Below are positions 25,297 through 39,700 of a stretch of DNA of 64,000 nucleotides, in pieces (the first letter of the stretch is position 1; every line of letters begins with the position of its first letter). The notes below the pieces were generated by a model. That model was not told the origin of the DNA and ran no database searches. It worked only from the letters and a program-made list of their open reading frames with translations. Source of the stretch: Psilocybe cubensis (taxonomy: Eukaryota); contig CM039004.1 in NCBI GenBank assembly GCA_017499595.2, positions 2,170,001 to 2,234,000 on the forward strand. The letters run 5' to 3'. The position numbers and the translations under genes are program-made.

Positions 25297-27902
25297 TATT
25301 ATGTTTCCCAAAGTCACAAAATACCACATTCTAAACCTTGGGGTGTTCCATAATTATTTAAATCGAGTTCTACGGGTTCCTGCGACACCACGAAAACTCA
25401 CACCGTAAACCTTCCTTATTGCTCATAGGCTCGTGAAGCTCTTATGTCCGGCAAGGGAATGGAATGGCGCGGGTTCACTCTGACGCGGGTCAGGGTCGCC
25501 GTTTCCCACCTCAAGGTTTACGTATATCCATGTATAGCATGAAAACGAGATGGTTTTCCCCCTTGAGAGTAATCAGCCGCTGAAGGGTCTTTTTCTAACG
25601 ATCGCCTCCCGAGTATTTGGGGTGCATATGTAGCAAGTCTCTCGGCACTGGACCAGAGTCCAACGAATATGGCGCTCCTTATTCCTCCAGCCTTCGAGGC
25701 TTCCACGCTTCTGTTTTTGACGTACAGTAACGCATTACCGACGCTACTCAGGCCGTGTTGCCGTGAACAGCGACGGCAGCTTCGCTTTCCCGGATGGCTT
25801 CGTCTACTCTCGTTGTCGTCAAGTTTTCTATATTGGAACCTCACAGTAAAAAGTCTGAGTGCTAAGAATATTCAAAGTCCCGACCCCAGATGACAAGAGA
25901 GACCGACGTTTTTATGCATTCCAAACTGATTGGCGATCGTCAGGTCACTAATAACTGAGGGCATGAGTCTTCGTTGGTCCGTGATGGTTTTTGAAAACTA
26001 ATCATGGCTTCACAGTCTAAGATCCATTCTCGGTAGACTAATCAAAGGATTAGAAAAAAACTTTCTCGGCTATGTCGTCCACCACCACCTATCAAGGTGT
26101 TCCAAACTTGCCTTGATGTCTCTACCGCCACTGCCAAATTACTTGAAGGGACTGTAAGCAATAGAGTCTTTGAACTCCACAGAATGTATCCAAGAAAGGA
26201 CAATGAAGCAGAGTATGTCTATTACAATACCAATTATTCTGCAAGAGTCGCTGAGAACAAATCCAGGGGAGTAATCAGAGCACCAATAGCATTGTATCAT
26301 GGCATATTAGTTTAACAAAACGCATAGGTTGAGACTTATGCGTCTCTGAAGGGCCCAGTCACACTCACCACCCATCCTCTAGTACTCAAGGTTGATGTCA
26401 TCATGCCAGAATATACTCATTATCGAAAAAATTACACAACTACCGATAAGCAAATGACCTCCACTTGGCAGTCTCTATGAGACGGATACATTTGGGACAT
26501 GTCGAGTCTCTACTAACAAGCTATAACACCTCCTGTTTACGGTGGAACCAAATGGAGTTAATATCGTGTTATTTTTAGATTGTGTCTTCACCTGCCACAG
26601 ACCGCTGAACTCGAGATCAAGTGCAAGTACCCATGTGTGAAGAAAAGCACATGAATATTAAATATTGTGATATTAATTCAATGTGAGATTTAGCCTCATT
26701 GGTTATGTTATGTTAGGGTAGGATAGGGGGCGGGATAGCCTTAATGGAGTGAAAAGGAATCATACTCAGGCGAGGTGGTAAGAGATGTCCATTGGTCCAC
26801 GGTGTCCCGCGAACAATGGCTAAGAAGGGGAAGAGTTTGTGGCTCTTTTATCTCCAGAGAGTACATTCCCATGGTTGGCAGGGAAGCCAACCCAGCATAT
26901 CCGTCGAACAGACAAGTGAACCAGTACTAGCGCTCACACCCGTGAATATAACAGAGGTTTTTCTGTCATAGTATGGTATTGAGCCAATTTTAACTCGATC
27001 CAGCTTATTGGCTCAAATAGAAGTCTCCTGGCCTCACTAGACCTGCATTAAATTCAGGTCTGAATGCTTATTGAAGAGTATCGACCCAATTGTAAGCTTC
27101 AAGCATACCGTGCCATCTTGATTTTGCTTAAGCCGAATACCATTAGGTTTTCAGCAAGCATAGGCAGTAGTGAGAACTGAGCCTGGGAATTGCACAATTC
27201 CAGTCTGCAGTAAATGCGCTTCCTGTTTGACGACGACAATTTAGACGAGTCTAGGTTTGTAGGACCGCTATTGACTGCGGTAACTTGGTATCACGAGAGA
27301 GTCTGCAATGCACAATATGCGATAAAAGATATAACTCTAAATGTTTGTCAGTAACTGGAAAGAGAGTAGAAACAATGAGTCAACGGGAGTGCTCGCGTAC
27401 TATGCTTGGTATTGGAGGAGGTATTGAAGGAAGTTCTCCGGAAATAGGTATTCAAAAAGCAAGGCTTGATCGTCCTTCTATTAAAATGCTAAATTTAGGT
27501 TTTTAATGAGAGGCATGCAACATCTACAGCATAAAATTGAACTGAGAAATGCGTTATGATTAGCTACGTCAAGCTACGTTGCTGAATCTGTAGGGATCTG
27601 GATTATAACATAGGGGTAGAATTTTGGGGATGGAACCCAGCAGAAATGAATATCGCGGCTCATGTAACGGATTATGTATGTATAGGACTAGTTACCCACT
27701 CGGTTGCAAGCGTTTGAAAAAATGACGTGCGCTTGTGTAAATAATTTGAAGAAGAAAGCCAACGCGCGTGGTTTTTGGCAGTGAACAATGTGGCTGTGTT
27801 TCAGGGATGGTGTTGAGTAAATAGCCGCAAACAGGAGTTATACCTTCATCCCAACCAGCGCGCAGTCCGTAGCGTCCTCTAGGACCTCTTAGCTCTCTCA
27901 TT

Positions 27903-30900
27903 ATGGCTGCAGTCGACACCTCAAAACCGATTGCGTTCTGCGAACATCTACAACTCTCAAGTTTGGGCATCCAGCCCGCCTCAATATCCTTCCAGGTGCG
28001 TTGACGCGACACCTTCTTTCGCTTGCGTGTACTCAGTGCCAACTCATGTCTCCGCTTAACAACATCCTAGGTTAGTTCTTTGGTATACACATCATATCAT
28101 ATACTGACTATATCTACAGACTCTGACATTAGAGTCTGATCAATATATCTGTATACGCGAAAAAGTTAACGAACAAGGGCAAGTCGTCATCGTAGACCTG
28201 TCCGATGCCAACAATGTTCTTCGTCGGCCCATTTCTGCTGACTCTGCAATTATGCATCCAAGGCAAAAGATTTTGGCATTGAAAGGCACGCGCATATAAC
28301 TTTAACTCATTCTTTGTCACTAACAACGATAACAGCTCAACGCACACTACAGATCTTCGACATTGACAAGAAGCAAAAGGTCAAATCTCATATCAACAAC
28401 GAGGACATCGTATTCTGGAAATGGGTGTCAGATACAACTATTGGGATGGTGACGGAGACCGCCGTATATCACTGGACAATCGCAGACGCGACCTCGCCTC
28501 CTCAAAAAATCTTCGACCGACATCCCACACTTGCTGGCTCACAGATCATCAATTATCGCGTGACACCAGACGAGAAATGGCTGGTCCTTGTTGGTATCTC
28601 TGGCAATACCACTAACCCCTCTGCATTCAAAATAAAGGGCTCGATGCAACTCTACAGCAGAGAACGTGGTGTCAGTCAACCCATTGAAGGTCACGCTGCA
28701 GCATTTGCAGAATTGAAGTTGGACGGACACCAGAAACCCACCAAGTTGTTCACATTTGCTGTCAGGACAGCAACAGGTGCCAAGGTGTGTAAGTTCAGTC
28801 ACAACGTCATACAGAGGTTAATGTGATCTTGCGTAGCTTCATGTCGTCGAAATTGACCACCAACCCCCTGATGCTCCATTCACTAAGAAAGCTGTTGATG
28901 TTTACTTCCCCCCTGAAGCAACCAGCGATTTCCCTGTAGCGATGCAGGTCTCTAAGAAACATGGTATTGTCTACCTCGTCACCAAGTTCGGTTTTATCCA
29001 TCTGTACGACCTCGAGTCCGGTGCTTGTGTTTACATGAACAGAATTTCTGGGGAAACCATTTTCGTCACTGCTGAGCACGAGGCGACAAATGGTATCATC
29101 GGTGTTAACAAGAAAGGTCAGGTCCTGAGTGTCAACGTGGACGAGCAAACCATCATCCCTTATATCTTGACAACTCTCAACAACACCGACCTTGCATTCA
29201 AGCTTGCCAGCCGCGGCAATCTTCCTGGCGCTGATGATTTGTATGTCAAGCAATACCAGCAACTTTTCCAATCTGGTCAATTCGGTGAGGCAGCCAAAGT
29301 TGCTGCAAACTCGCCGAGAGTGAGTACATCTTAATCAAATTACACCATTCTGCGTTTTAACATTTCTGAGTAGGGGATCCTGCGAACCACCGCTGTTATT
29401 GAGTCGTTCAAGCAAGCACCTGCTCCTCCTGGTGGTCTTTCTCCTATCCTCCAATACTTCGGTATTCTCCTCGAGAAGGGAGAACTTAACCACCTAGAGT
29501 CTCTTGAACTTGCTCGACCGGTTTTGCAACAAGGAAGGAAGCAACTCTTGGAGAAGTGGTTGAAGGAGAACAAGGTACTGAGTCTTATAATCATGGATGG
29601 TGCTTTATATTAATCCGCCTTGTAGCTGACATGCAGCGAAGAGCTCGGTGATATTGTTCGTCTGCACGACATGACCTTAGCCCTCAGTGTCTACCTTCGT
29701 GCCAACGTCCCCAACAAGGTCATCGCGTGCTTCGCCGAGACTGGCCAAACGGACAAAATTTTGTTGTACGCCAAAAAAGTCGGTTATACTCCCGACTACG
29801 TACAACTTCTGCAGCACATCATGCGTACCAACCCTGAGAAAGGTGCCGAATTCGCTGCCCAGCTCGCGAACGACGAGAGCGGGCCCCTGGTCGACATTGA
29901 ACGTGTGGTTGATATTTTCATGTCGCAAAATATGATCCAGCCTGCAACATCCTTCTTGCTTGATGCTTTGAAGGACAACAAGCCTGAGCAAGGACACCTG
30001 CAGACACGTCTTCTCGAACTCAACCTTGTCCATGCTCCGCAGGTCGCAGATGCCATTCTTGGTAACGAGATGTTTACTCATTATGATCGTCCAAGAATTG
30101 CGAACCTATGCGAAAAGGCCGGTCTGCTGCAGCGTGTGCGTATAATTAATTATATTTGTTCTTTATTGGTATATCTAATATATGACTAGGCCCTTGAACA
30201 TTACGAAGACATCGCCGACATCAAGCGTGCCATTGTCCACACGACTGGACTCACTCCTGATGTGATTATTATTCAAATTATACGCAACATTGCTCATTCT
30301 AAAGTCTTGTTTATTCTAGTGGTTGGTCAACTATTTCAGCCGTCTGACAACCGAGCAATCGATGATTTGCTTGCAAGAGATGCTCCGTGTTAACATCCGC
30401 CAGAATCTCCAAGTCGTCATCCAAATTGCCACCAAGTACTCAGACATCTTGGGCCCCATCAAACTTATTGAAATGTTCGAGAGCTTCAAGACCTTCGAGG
30501 GTCTATACTACTACCTGGGATCCATCGTCAACCTCAGCGAAGATCCCGAGGTCCACTTCAAATACATCCAGGCCGCCACGCGGACTGGTCAGATTCGTGA
30601 AGTCGAGCGTATTTGCAGAGAGAGTAACTTCTACAACCCTGAGAAGGTCAAGAACTTCCTCAAGGAAGCCAAGCTTGCGGACCAACTGCCTCTCATTATC
30701 GTTTGCGACCGATTCGACTTTGTCCATGACCTTGTTTTGTACTTGTATCAGAACAATCTGACCAAGTTTATCGAGGTCTATGTCCAGCGCGTCAATTCTG
30801 TGCGCACTCCTCAAGTCGTCGGTGGTCTGTTGGATGTCGATTGCGATGAAGCGACGATCAAGAGTCTGTTAAGCTCTGTCTCTGGCAACTTCCCTATTGA

Positions 30901-33713
30901 TGAGTTGGTGCATGAGGTCGAGCAGCGTAACAGGTTGAAGTTGATCTTGCCTTGGCTCGAGGCCCGCGTTCAGGCTGGTAGCCAGGACCCCGCCATCTTC
31001 AATGCTGTTGCCAAGATATACATTGACAGCAATAACAATCCAGAGCAGTTCCTCAAAGAAAACAATGTTAGTCATTTCTAGCTTATAGAAAACCCTCGCT
31101 AACATTTCTATTTTTACAGTTGTATGAGCCCTTGGTCGTTGGTAAATTCTGTGAGGCCCGCGACCCCTACTTGGCCTATATTGCGTACGCCAAGGGTCTC
31201 TGCGACGACGAGCTAATCGCAATTACGAATGACAACTCGATGTTCAAACAGCAAGCTCGTTATCTCATCAAGCGTCGTCAACCTGATCTTTGGGCACAAG
31301 TTCTCGTTCAGGAGAATGTTCATCGCCGCGCTTTGATTGACCAGCTTGTTGCCACTGCTCTGCCAGAGTGCACAGATCCTGATGACGTTTCGATCACCGT
31401 CAAGGCCTTCCTGCAAGCTGACCTCCCAATGGAACTTATCGAGCTCCTGGAGAAGATCATCATCGAACCCTCACCGTTTAGTGACAACAAAAACCTTCAG
31501 AACCTCCTTCTTCTCACCGCCATCCGTGCAGACAAAGGCAAGGTTGTTGGTTACATCAACAAGCTGCAGAACTACGATGCCGCTGATATCGCCAGGATTG
31601 CTACTGAGCATGGGCTCTACGAAGAGGCTTTGACAATCTACAAGAAGCACGAGCAACATGCAATGGCCATCAATGTTCTTGTGGAACATATCGTCTCCAT
31701 TGATAGAGGTTTGGAGTACGCCAACAAGGTCAACCAGCCTGAAGTTTGGAGTCGCCTAGCCAAAGCTCAGCTTGACGGTCTTCGTATCAAAGACTCTGTT
31801 GGTGCGTATATAAATTTGAAATATCGTTTGCTTACTCTCCTTTACTCACTCTCCATCAGAATCTTACATCAAGGCTCAAGACCCCTCCAACTTTGCTGAA
31901 GTCATTGAGATTGCCAACCATGCTGGCAAGCACGACGAACTCGTTCGCTATCTCCAAATGGCTCGCAAGACGCTGCGTGAACCCAAGATCGACACCGAGC
32001 TGGCCTACGCCTATGCTAAGACTGATCGTCTGCACGACATGGAAGATTTCCTTGGCATGACTAACGTCGCTGATATTTTGGAGGTCGGCGAGAAATGCTT
32101 CGAAGATGAGCTCTACCAAGCTGCGAAGCTTCTGTTTACCAGCATCTCGAATTGGGCTCGTTTGGCCACTACTTTGATTTATCTGGGCGAAAATCAGGCA
32201 GCTGTTGAAAGTGCTCGCAAGGCTGGCAATACCCAGGTCTGGAAGCAAGTGCACGCTGCTTGCATTGAGAAGTCTGAATTCCGCTTAGCCCAAATTTGTG
32301 GTCTCCACATCATTGTCCACGCTGAGGAATTGTCTGCCCTCATCACCCTCTATGAGCGCAGAGGTCACTTCGAGGAGATCATCAGTCTTCTGGAAGCTGG
32401 TTTGAGCTTGGAGCGTGCCCATATGGGTATCTTTACTGAACTCTCAATCTTGCTGAGCAAGTACAAGCCCGCAAAACTCATGGAGCATCTCAAGCTCTTC
32501 GTCGCCCGCATCAATATTCCTAAGGTCATCAAGGCCACCGAGAAGGCGCATCTATGGCCAGAGCTTGTGTTCTTGTACATCAAATATGATGAATTCGACA
32601 ATGCTGCCCTCGCTATGATTGAACGATCTGCTGATGCTTGGGAGCACAATCAGTTCAAGGATGTCATCGTCCGCGCTGCCAACGTGGAAATGTATGTAAA
32701 TTCTTTTGGTTTAAAGAAGTATCGTGAATTCTAACTGTGCAAAATAGTTACTACAAGGCTTTAACTTTCTACCTCCAAGAGCAACCTACTCTTCTGACCG
32801 ACCTTCTCACCGTCCTCATTCCTCGAATTGACCACAGTCGCGTTGTCCGTACTTTCAGACAGATCGATCATATCCCCCTCATCCGCTCGTATCTCATTGC
32901 TGTTCAGCATGTAAGTTTTACAATGTTATGCCAGAAAAGGAGGTATCAATATTTTTTTAGTTCAACCTCGAGGCTGTCAACGATGCATACAATGACCTTC
33001 TGATTGAAGAGGAAGACTACAAAACTCTCCGGGACTCAATCGACAGTTTCGATAACTTCAACAACATCAGCTTGGCCAAACGCCTGGAGAAGCACGAGTT
33101 ACTTGAATTCCGTCGACTTGCTGCGCATCTTTACAAGGTATATTTCTTCACAAAATTTATCACTCGTCATAGCTTACGACGCTGCTCCAGAAAAATTCTC
33201 GTTGGGAAGAATCGATAGCTCTTTCTAAACAAGACAAATTGTACAAAGATGCCATGATCACCGCTGCTGCTTCTGGATCAACAGAGGTCGCCGAGGAACT
33301 GCTCTCATACTTTGTCGACATCGGTAACAAAGAGTGCTTCGCTGCTATGCTTTACATTTGCTTCGACCTCCTTCGTTCAGATGTCGTTGAAGAGCTATCA
33401 TGGCAACATGGCTTGAACGACTTCTACATGCCTTACAAAATCCAAGTGCAGCGATCACTAGTGGAGAAGGTATGTTGTATATCTTCATTTTTCAATAACA
33501 TCGGAGTCCTGACCATTATCATAGCTGGCACAATTGGAAAAAGAGGTCAAGGAACGATCAAAGAAAGATGCACAAAAAGAGCAGACGGAAGCCGAAGCTC
33601 CTATAATCAACCCAGGAGGCTTTGGCAATCTGCTTCTCACCAACGGCATTGTGGGGCAAGCGCCACCAATGAATGGAATGATGCCTGCCATGACGGGGTA
33701 TGGGGGTTATTGA
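27903..33713 (+). CDS. CHC1: Clathrin heavy chain
   Basis: [86 protein letters not shown]. Ends MTGYGGY*. Confidence 0.98.
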
Positions 33714-34970
33714 TTTTTCTTCGTCGTAACTTTATAGCCGGATGTATAATGTTTTGTTTTAATTGGATAATCCTTATTTCTTTCTCTCCTGTATACTTTA
33801 TGTCATGTTGCAATCGCAATCCTTGACTGCTCATTAGTAGTTTGGCGGTAGGCCAAACTAAAATTACCATATCGCAAAGAAGGATTTGCAATTTTACCAA
33901 CCCGTGCGCAACGACTATAACGAATAGAAGACGATGCTCGATCCCTGAGCAGCTTGCTGGTTTTTGGTTCGAAATACAATCAGCATGTCTTCACTGAGTG
34001 AATGGTAAGTACTCTCGCTCAGTCGCGACAGTCAGAAGGTATTCGACCTTCGCAATTCCGCGTTAATATACACTCAATTCAAAACGCGAGTAAGAAGATT
34101 ACACAACACTATCTATATCGATCTATACCAAGAAAGCCAATATACCAAAAATCATAGAAAAAGTGAAGCAAGTTTCAGTCGTACCGTGTCTTCGATGTGA
34201 GCCACACCTAGTACACCTATTAGCAATGCCTGATAAAGCATTCAATCACTACAATTAAACAATGTGTCGTCAATGAAAAGTAACCTGCTATGGTCGTCAT
34301 TCCAATAAGTAAAACGAGAGTCAAAATTATTAGGGTAGCAAATCAAGATAGACTGGCTGAGTCTACCAGGACTGGACTTGGGCATATTTGCATATTCTTC
34401 AAGCACATTATTATAACGGAATTAGTTGTACATATCATCGTCCTACGGGCAAAAAAAGTTGATCAGAATACATAAAAATTTTTAAATATAACTTACGTAC
34501 CAATATTTAAATGGTTTACTCGTCTTGCGAAAATGTAGGATTTCAAAGCAGGTTGCCATTGACTACGTATGTAAAAAGCGAGATAAGAGTCCGTGAACGA
34601 GGTTGAATTGTATACATGACAAAGTACATGGGTTGGGAATGGTATTGTGAGGGCGAGCGAGGCATTTGTCGATATGCCAGTAAGATGAGTGGAATTGTAG
34701 GTAGAGAGTATTGTGCATTCAGCGTATGGATGATGTAGCGATGCAAGGCAATGTGCGTGGTGAGTTGTATGGCGTAGGCCTGATTAGGGGTGTTGGGTAT
34801 AACTCGAGCAAAAGTCAAAGGATGAGAGGCTAACGAGCCAAGCGCCTATCGTCCGCCCCAGTAAGTCGGAAACGTCCTCGTACCCATTCACATAGGAAAG
34901 TCCCTCCCAGAAAAAAAAGAATAGAAAAATGCCGAAAGGAAAATAAGACTTGTAAGGGGTCGGTAAACCC

Positions 34971-36209
34971 TTACATCACCTGGCAACCGCCATCCCCTGA
35001 GCCTTTGGTGCGCGTACTTAGTGACACTCGAGCAGCTTCGTAGAAAACTTCTGTTACTCCCCGATTATGTTTTGAGCTGCATTCTGAAACAACGTAAAGT
35101 GAATATACTAGCAAAAAAGTATAGCAGAGGTGCATACCCAAATATCGGGATGCTCGTATCCGCCTTGCTACGGCCAATCCTTCCTCGTATTGCACAGTAT
35201 GAGTACCGTAGCGTTTTAGTCTTTCCTTTATCACCGGATCGTCTCGTAGATCACATTTGAGTGCTAAAGAAAGCACAACTTAGAATATCTTTTCAACTTT
35301 TAGCGATCATTCAGCACCAACCTACTAGTACCAACTGTGGCATTGTGGGTCAGTAAGCCTGGATAGCTGATGTGATTACGTGACGCACCTTTACCCCGGG
35401 ACAATATTCTAAAATTTCATCCAGCCACTTCATTGAATGTCATTTGCGGCATGATATCGGGATAGTTGAAACGGACGTTACCTTGGATTCGACGTTTTCT
35501 AATGACACAGGGTTGTCCACAGAAAAGCATATCATAATAACATGTGTCTCTGCATACGATAGAGACCTTAACCGGTCGAATTCTTCCTGACCTATTTCGC
35601 ATAGTTGCAACATTCAAGATGGAGCAAGAGGGGAGAGAAAGGCATGACCTTCAAAGTCAGACGTTATAATGTACATAAGTGATATGCACAGAAAACATAC
35701 CAGCCGTATCCCATAGACTGAGCTCCACCACTTGCTCATCGACATAGATATCATGCACATAGTTCTCGAAAACGGTGGGTTCACTGCCATATGCCACCAA
35801 TTAGTGCCACTCCTCCAAGATGAATGCATGCCCTTCGACGTACTAGACTTGAGTGAAAAATCCGCGCGTGAAGACATTTAGCAGGGATGTTTTGCCTAGA
35901 AAGCAAGTGTATCAGCTACGAAGTTAGAGAACGAGAACCAAGAAACCATAAATGGACCGATGCTTACCGCAGGCACCATCGCCACAAACGACAACCTTCT
36001 CAATATGATGAACTTTAGCGCCCCATTCATATAAGTGTACACCAATGCGGCATCCGCACCTTTCTCTGGATCTAGAATACCAATGTGATTCCAATTAGCA
36101 CGCGTCATACTAGTGGCAAACATTTCCCAAGCCTGAGGGAAGAAATTGAACTTACTGGTCGACCACGACCAAACGAGGCACCTTTACTTGAAGCACCACA
36201 GAGAGACAT
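34971..36209 (-). CDS. RHO3: Rho-family GTPase Rho3
   Basis: MSLCG N-terminus, [67 protein letters not shown]-terminal CaaX CQVM*. Confidence 0.93.
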
Positions 36210-36737
36210 AATTTCTAGCTAGTCTTCCTGTGCAATTATGAGGAAGGAAACCTTAGAGATTACGAGGAGGAGGGGGATGTGGGATGTGGGGAACAAAGGA
36301 GCAGCAGCGCCATGACAGTTGCACGAAACGGAACTTTACCACGTGATGCTGTCCTTTCGGGCCGCCCGGTAAGAAGGATGCAGTCATCATTCAAGTCTTG
36401 GCGCAACTCTACTCTTTTCTTTCGACGACAAGCTGGACTCAACATCGACCACAACTCGAGCTCTCAAGACAGGTATATTGGTATACATACAAGCAAGATA
36501 TTAATAATACAAATTGACAGATAAAATGATAAAGACGGATCAAGCTGATTCAAGCTTGAAAGCAAATGAAAATACATTACATTATTTGAAGCAAAAGGGC
36601 TGCCCACTGCCAACTTTCTCGATGCAACTATCTGCCAGTTGGCTGTAGATCCGCATGTCGACTCATCTCTCTTTCTCTCTCCTATCCATCAAGCAGAACA
36701 AAATGGCGCGCACAATAAAGCACCTTGAACTTTGCTA

Positions 36738-39700
36738 TCACTGCATAGCCATAGTGTTCACAAAGTCAAGCCATGTTGTCTGCATGTTACTGTGTCCCTC
36801 AGGTGAACCCGATGCTTTCCGGTGTGCTGGTCCAGGACTTGTATCCAGAACAAGCGGCTGATCCTGCGTAAACATACTACCGCTGCCGCTTCCCCTCTGG
36901 AACCCACTTGATGACGACGCCAGCCCGTAATCATATACAGGGAAGTACTGCGGGAAGTTGGACTCGTTTTGACTGTTTGACGTATCCATTGCTGTGCTTG
37001 ATCCCTGCCCAGCCTGCATCATATTTTGCATTGACTGCTGAGGAAGGAAGGAACTAGGTTCGCTTTGGAATGACGTCGGCATAGCTGACATTCCGTACAT
37101 TGACACAGGAGAAATCTCAGACGCATCAGAATATTGGTTGGAGTTGAATGAATTGTGGTTCGACGAGTGGTTGTTGAACACCGATTGTTGTTGCTGGCTT
37201 TGTCCTCCTTGAACCTTGAAAGAGTCCAGATATTCTCGGACACTCTCAGGCAAATTGTTGTGAAGTCCAGGGGACAAAGGCAGAGGAACAATAGGATTTT
37301 GCGACACTGGTGATCTCTCCATTAAGATCGGAGAGGACGGTTCCTTCTTGGACACAAGTCGAGTTTTCCCACCCAAGACAGACAGTTCGTCATCGTCGGC
37401 ATCAGGGGTAATCGGACCGGAAGAGGGATTGTATCTTGTCAAAGGGGAACCTTTTCCTCGTCTAAATTCATCCAAGCTGAAGTGGGCCTTTTCTTGCAAA
37501 TGGAGCATGATGCTCTATTGAAGAAAATTATTCAGGAATTGTATTTGAAAAAATATTTTTATAACTTACCAAAACTTTATTCGCCCGGAAACCTCGAGCG
37601 GCCTTTGAGAATAGCTCACAAGCCGAATCTAGTTGCACTAGAGCAGAAGGTGCAAGACTCATGGATGGACACCTCGTCACGATAGATCCCAAAATAATCT
37701 GGCAAAGCATACTATTACTAAACTGCACGGTATCGACTGTAAGAAATAATGCTCACCGAACACGAAAACATATGTGTCCACAGAAACCACATTCGCTCAC
37801 TTGGCTCCTTCAACTGCGTGTGCAAATTTCTCATCATGGCGACTAGTGATCCAGCACTTCGATATGCAGCAATAACTGAAGTCCCATAAGGACTCCCCAG
37901 GGGATCCTTCGGGTGATCACTAATGGCCCGAGCGAAGAAGCTCCTGTGCAAATAAAGCAGGTCTAATTAACCGAAAAAAGAGAGAATAACCGTGAATAAA
38001 CAGCCGACGTATGTGAATTCGTATGACGTACTCATTTCACGAATAGCCAATACAATATGTCTCTGCAGAGTGAGCATCACGCTGTCAGGGTACCCTCCTT
38101 GCCGCGGCTCAGAATTGCCGAACCCGGCAACTTGAAGTATGGGAGGAACGGGGAATGCACGAAGCTTTCTGTCCAGTTGCAAGACTGTTGCATAGGTGGG
38201 CATTTTAGCGCCGAAAGCTTGATCATGGAGTAGAGTCATGCATTCGGACGCAAATCGATGTTTCCATGCGTTGACTAAGGGTTAATCAGTTGGGGGAACA
38301 TAAAATGTATCATAAATATGAGGTACGTACAACTCTGCTCGTCAGATGGATTTTCCAAATGCGGCATTTTACAATCTAGATGCGGGGGAAAGAAGGAGGG
38401 TGGCCGACTAAATGTAAATGACTGCCAGGAATCGTATGTGAACAATTCCCAGAACAATTCGCGCCGACGTGCAGTTTCCACGGGATCGACTTTCCATTTG
38501 CCACTATCCCGATCTATAAGACAAAGTGAGCCTCCAGATATTTTTTGCACGTTAAAGGCACATACGAAGTCCAATCTGCAGAACGTTGATCAGCGTTGGT
38601 TTTTGGAATTCAATCAATTTTTATTATAGCTTACACTCTGAGCAACCTTCACTGCAAGGCCCATGGTAGCCCATCGAGCGCCGGAGCTTGTGCCATGTCG
38701 CTCATCTATGAAGAGATAATGGGTCATCAAGTACTGGTAAACGTAAATGTTAGTCAGATCATTGTGATAAGCTTTATAATTCACGAAATGACTCACTAGT
38801 GCTTGGACGGCGTTGATGGTTGGTATATCGAAGAATGAATGATGGAACAACGCCGCCCTGGCCAGCTGATGGTACTTCTCTGCCTCAAGGTTGTATGCAG
38901 GAAGAGCCTGGTTCATCAAAGATCCAATGGCGAGAATCATAAACAGAATTGACAATTTGTGAGCCAAGAGTGGTTCGTCAGGTATTGGACCAATGGTTTG
39001 ATTGTAGAATGCTGGGTATATTTCCGTATCAAATGTCTCCACATTGACAGGATGATACCTATCATATGACGGTGATCAGCTGTGGCTCCATTCAACAGCA
39101 GAGAGAAGGTCACTAACATCCACGCGGCGTACGTATAATATATTGCACGCAGCTCTTGAGCAACTTCGGCAGGTGGGAGATACCAGTAGAGAGTTTGTAA
39201 TCCCACATTTCCAGTCACTGAGTAGTGGGAGATAGGGAATGAAGACGCTCGATTAAGGATTTCAGGAGGTAAGATGTTCTGCAGGCTGATTAGATGGTCA
39301 TCTTCCTCCTCCTCCTCGGGTAATTCGTTCTGGCGGCGTCAATTAGTAATATAATAATGCTGCGGTTGTTCCATTCTACTTACTTGGAGGAAGTACTACG
39401 AAAATTACAGTCGTCAATTGGTAGCCCAATCATTCAGGCTATGGATCTTACCACAGAATTCGCTGTTTGACCAAAGTACTTGGTTTTTCCCGAGAGGGCG
39501 ATCGACAGCGAACCAAAGGCATCTACAACATCTGGATTCTGTTCTTCTTCCTTAACAGTGACCGCCGCTGACGGCTTAATAGAGTTGATATCTCTCTGCA
39601 ATGGAGCTTTGATTTTTAAAAGTTCTTCTGAGAGCAGAGGATGGGGTTCAGTGGAAAGGTGGCTGTGGGAAGCGCGGAGTGCATCTTCTAGTTCTCTAAC

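Noticed and set aside
25300-27850. Possible hidden gene or transposon remnant upstream of CHC1
   Set aside because: Only short stop-bounded ORFs; no transposase or RT motifs and no terminal repeats seen.
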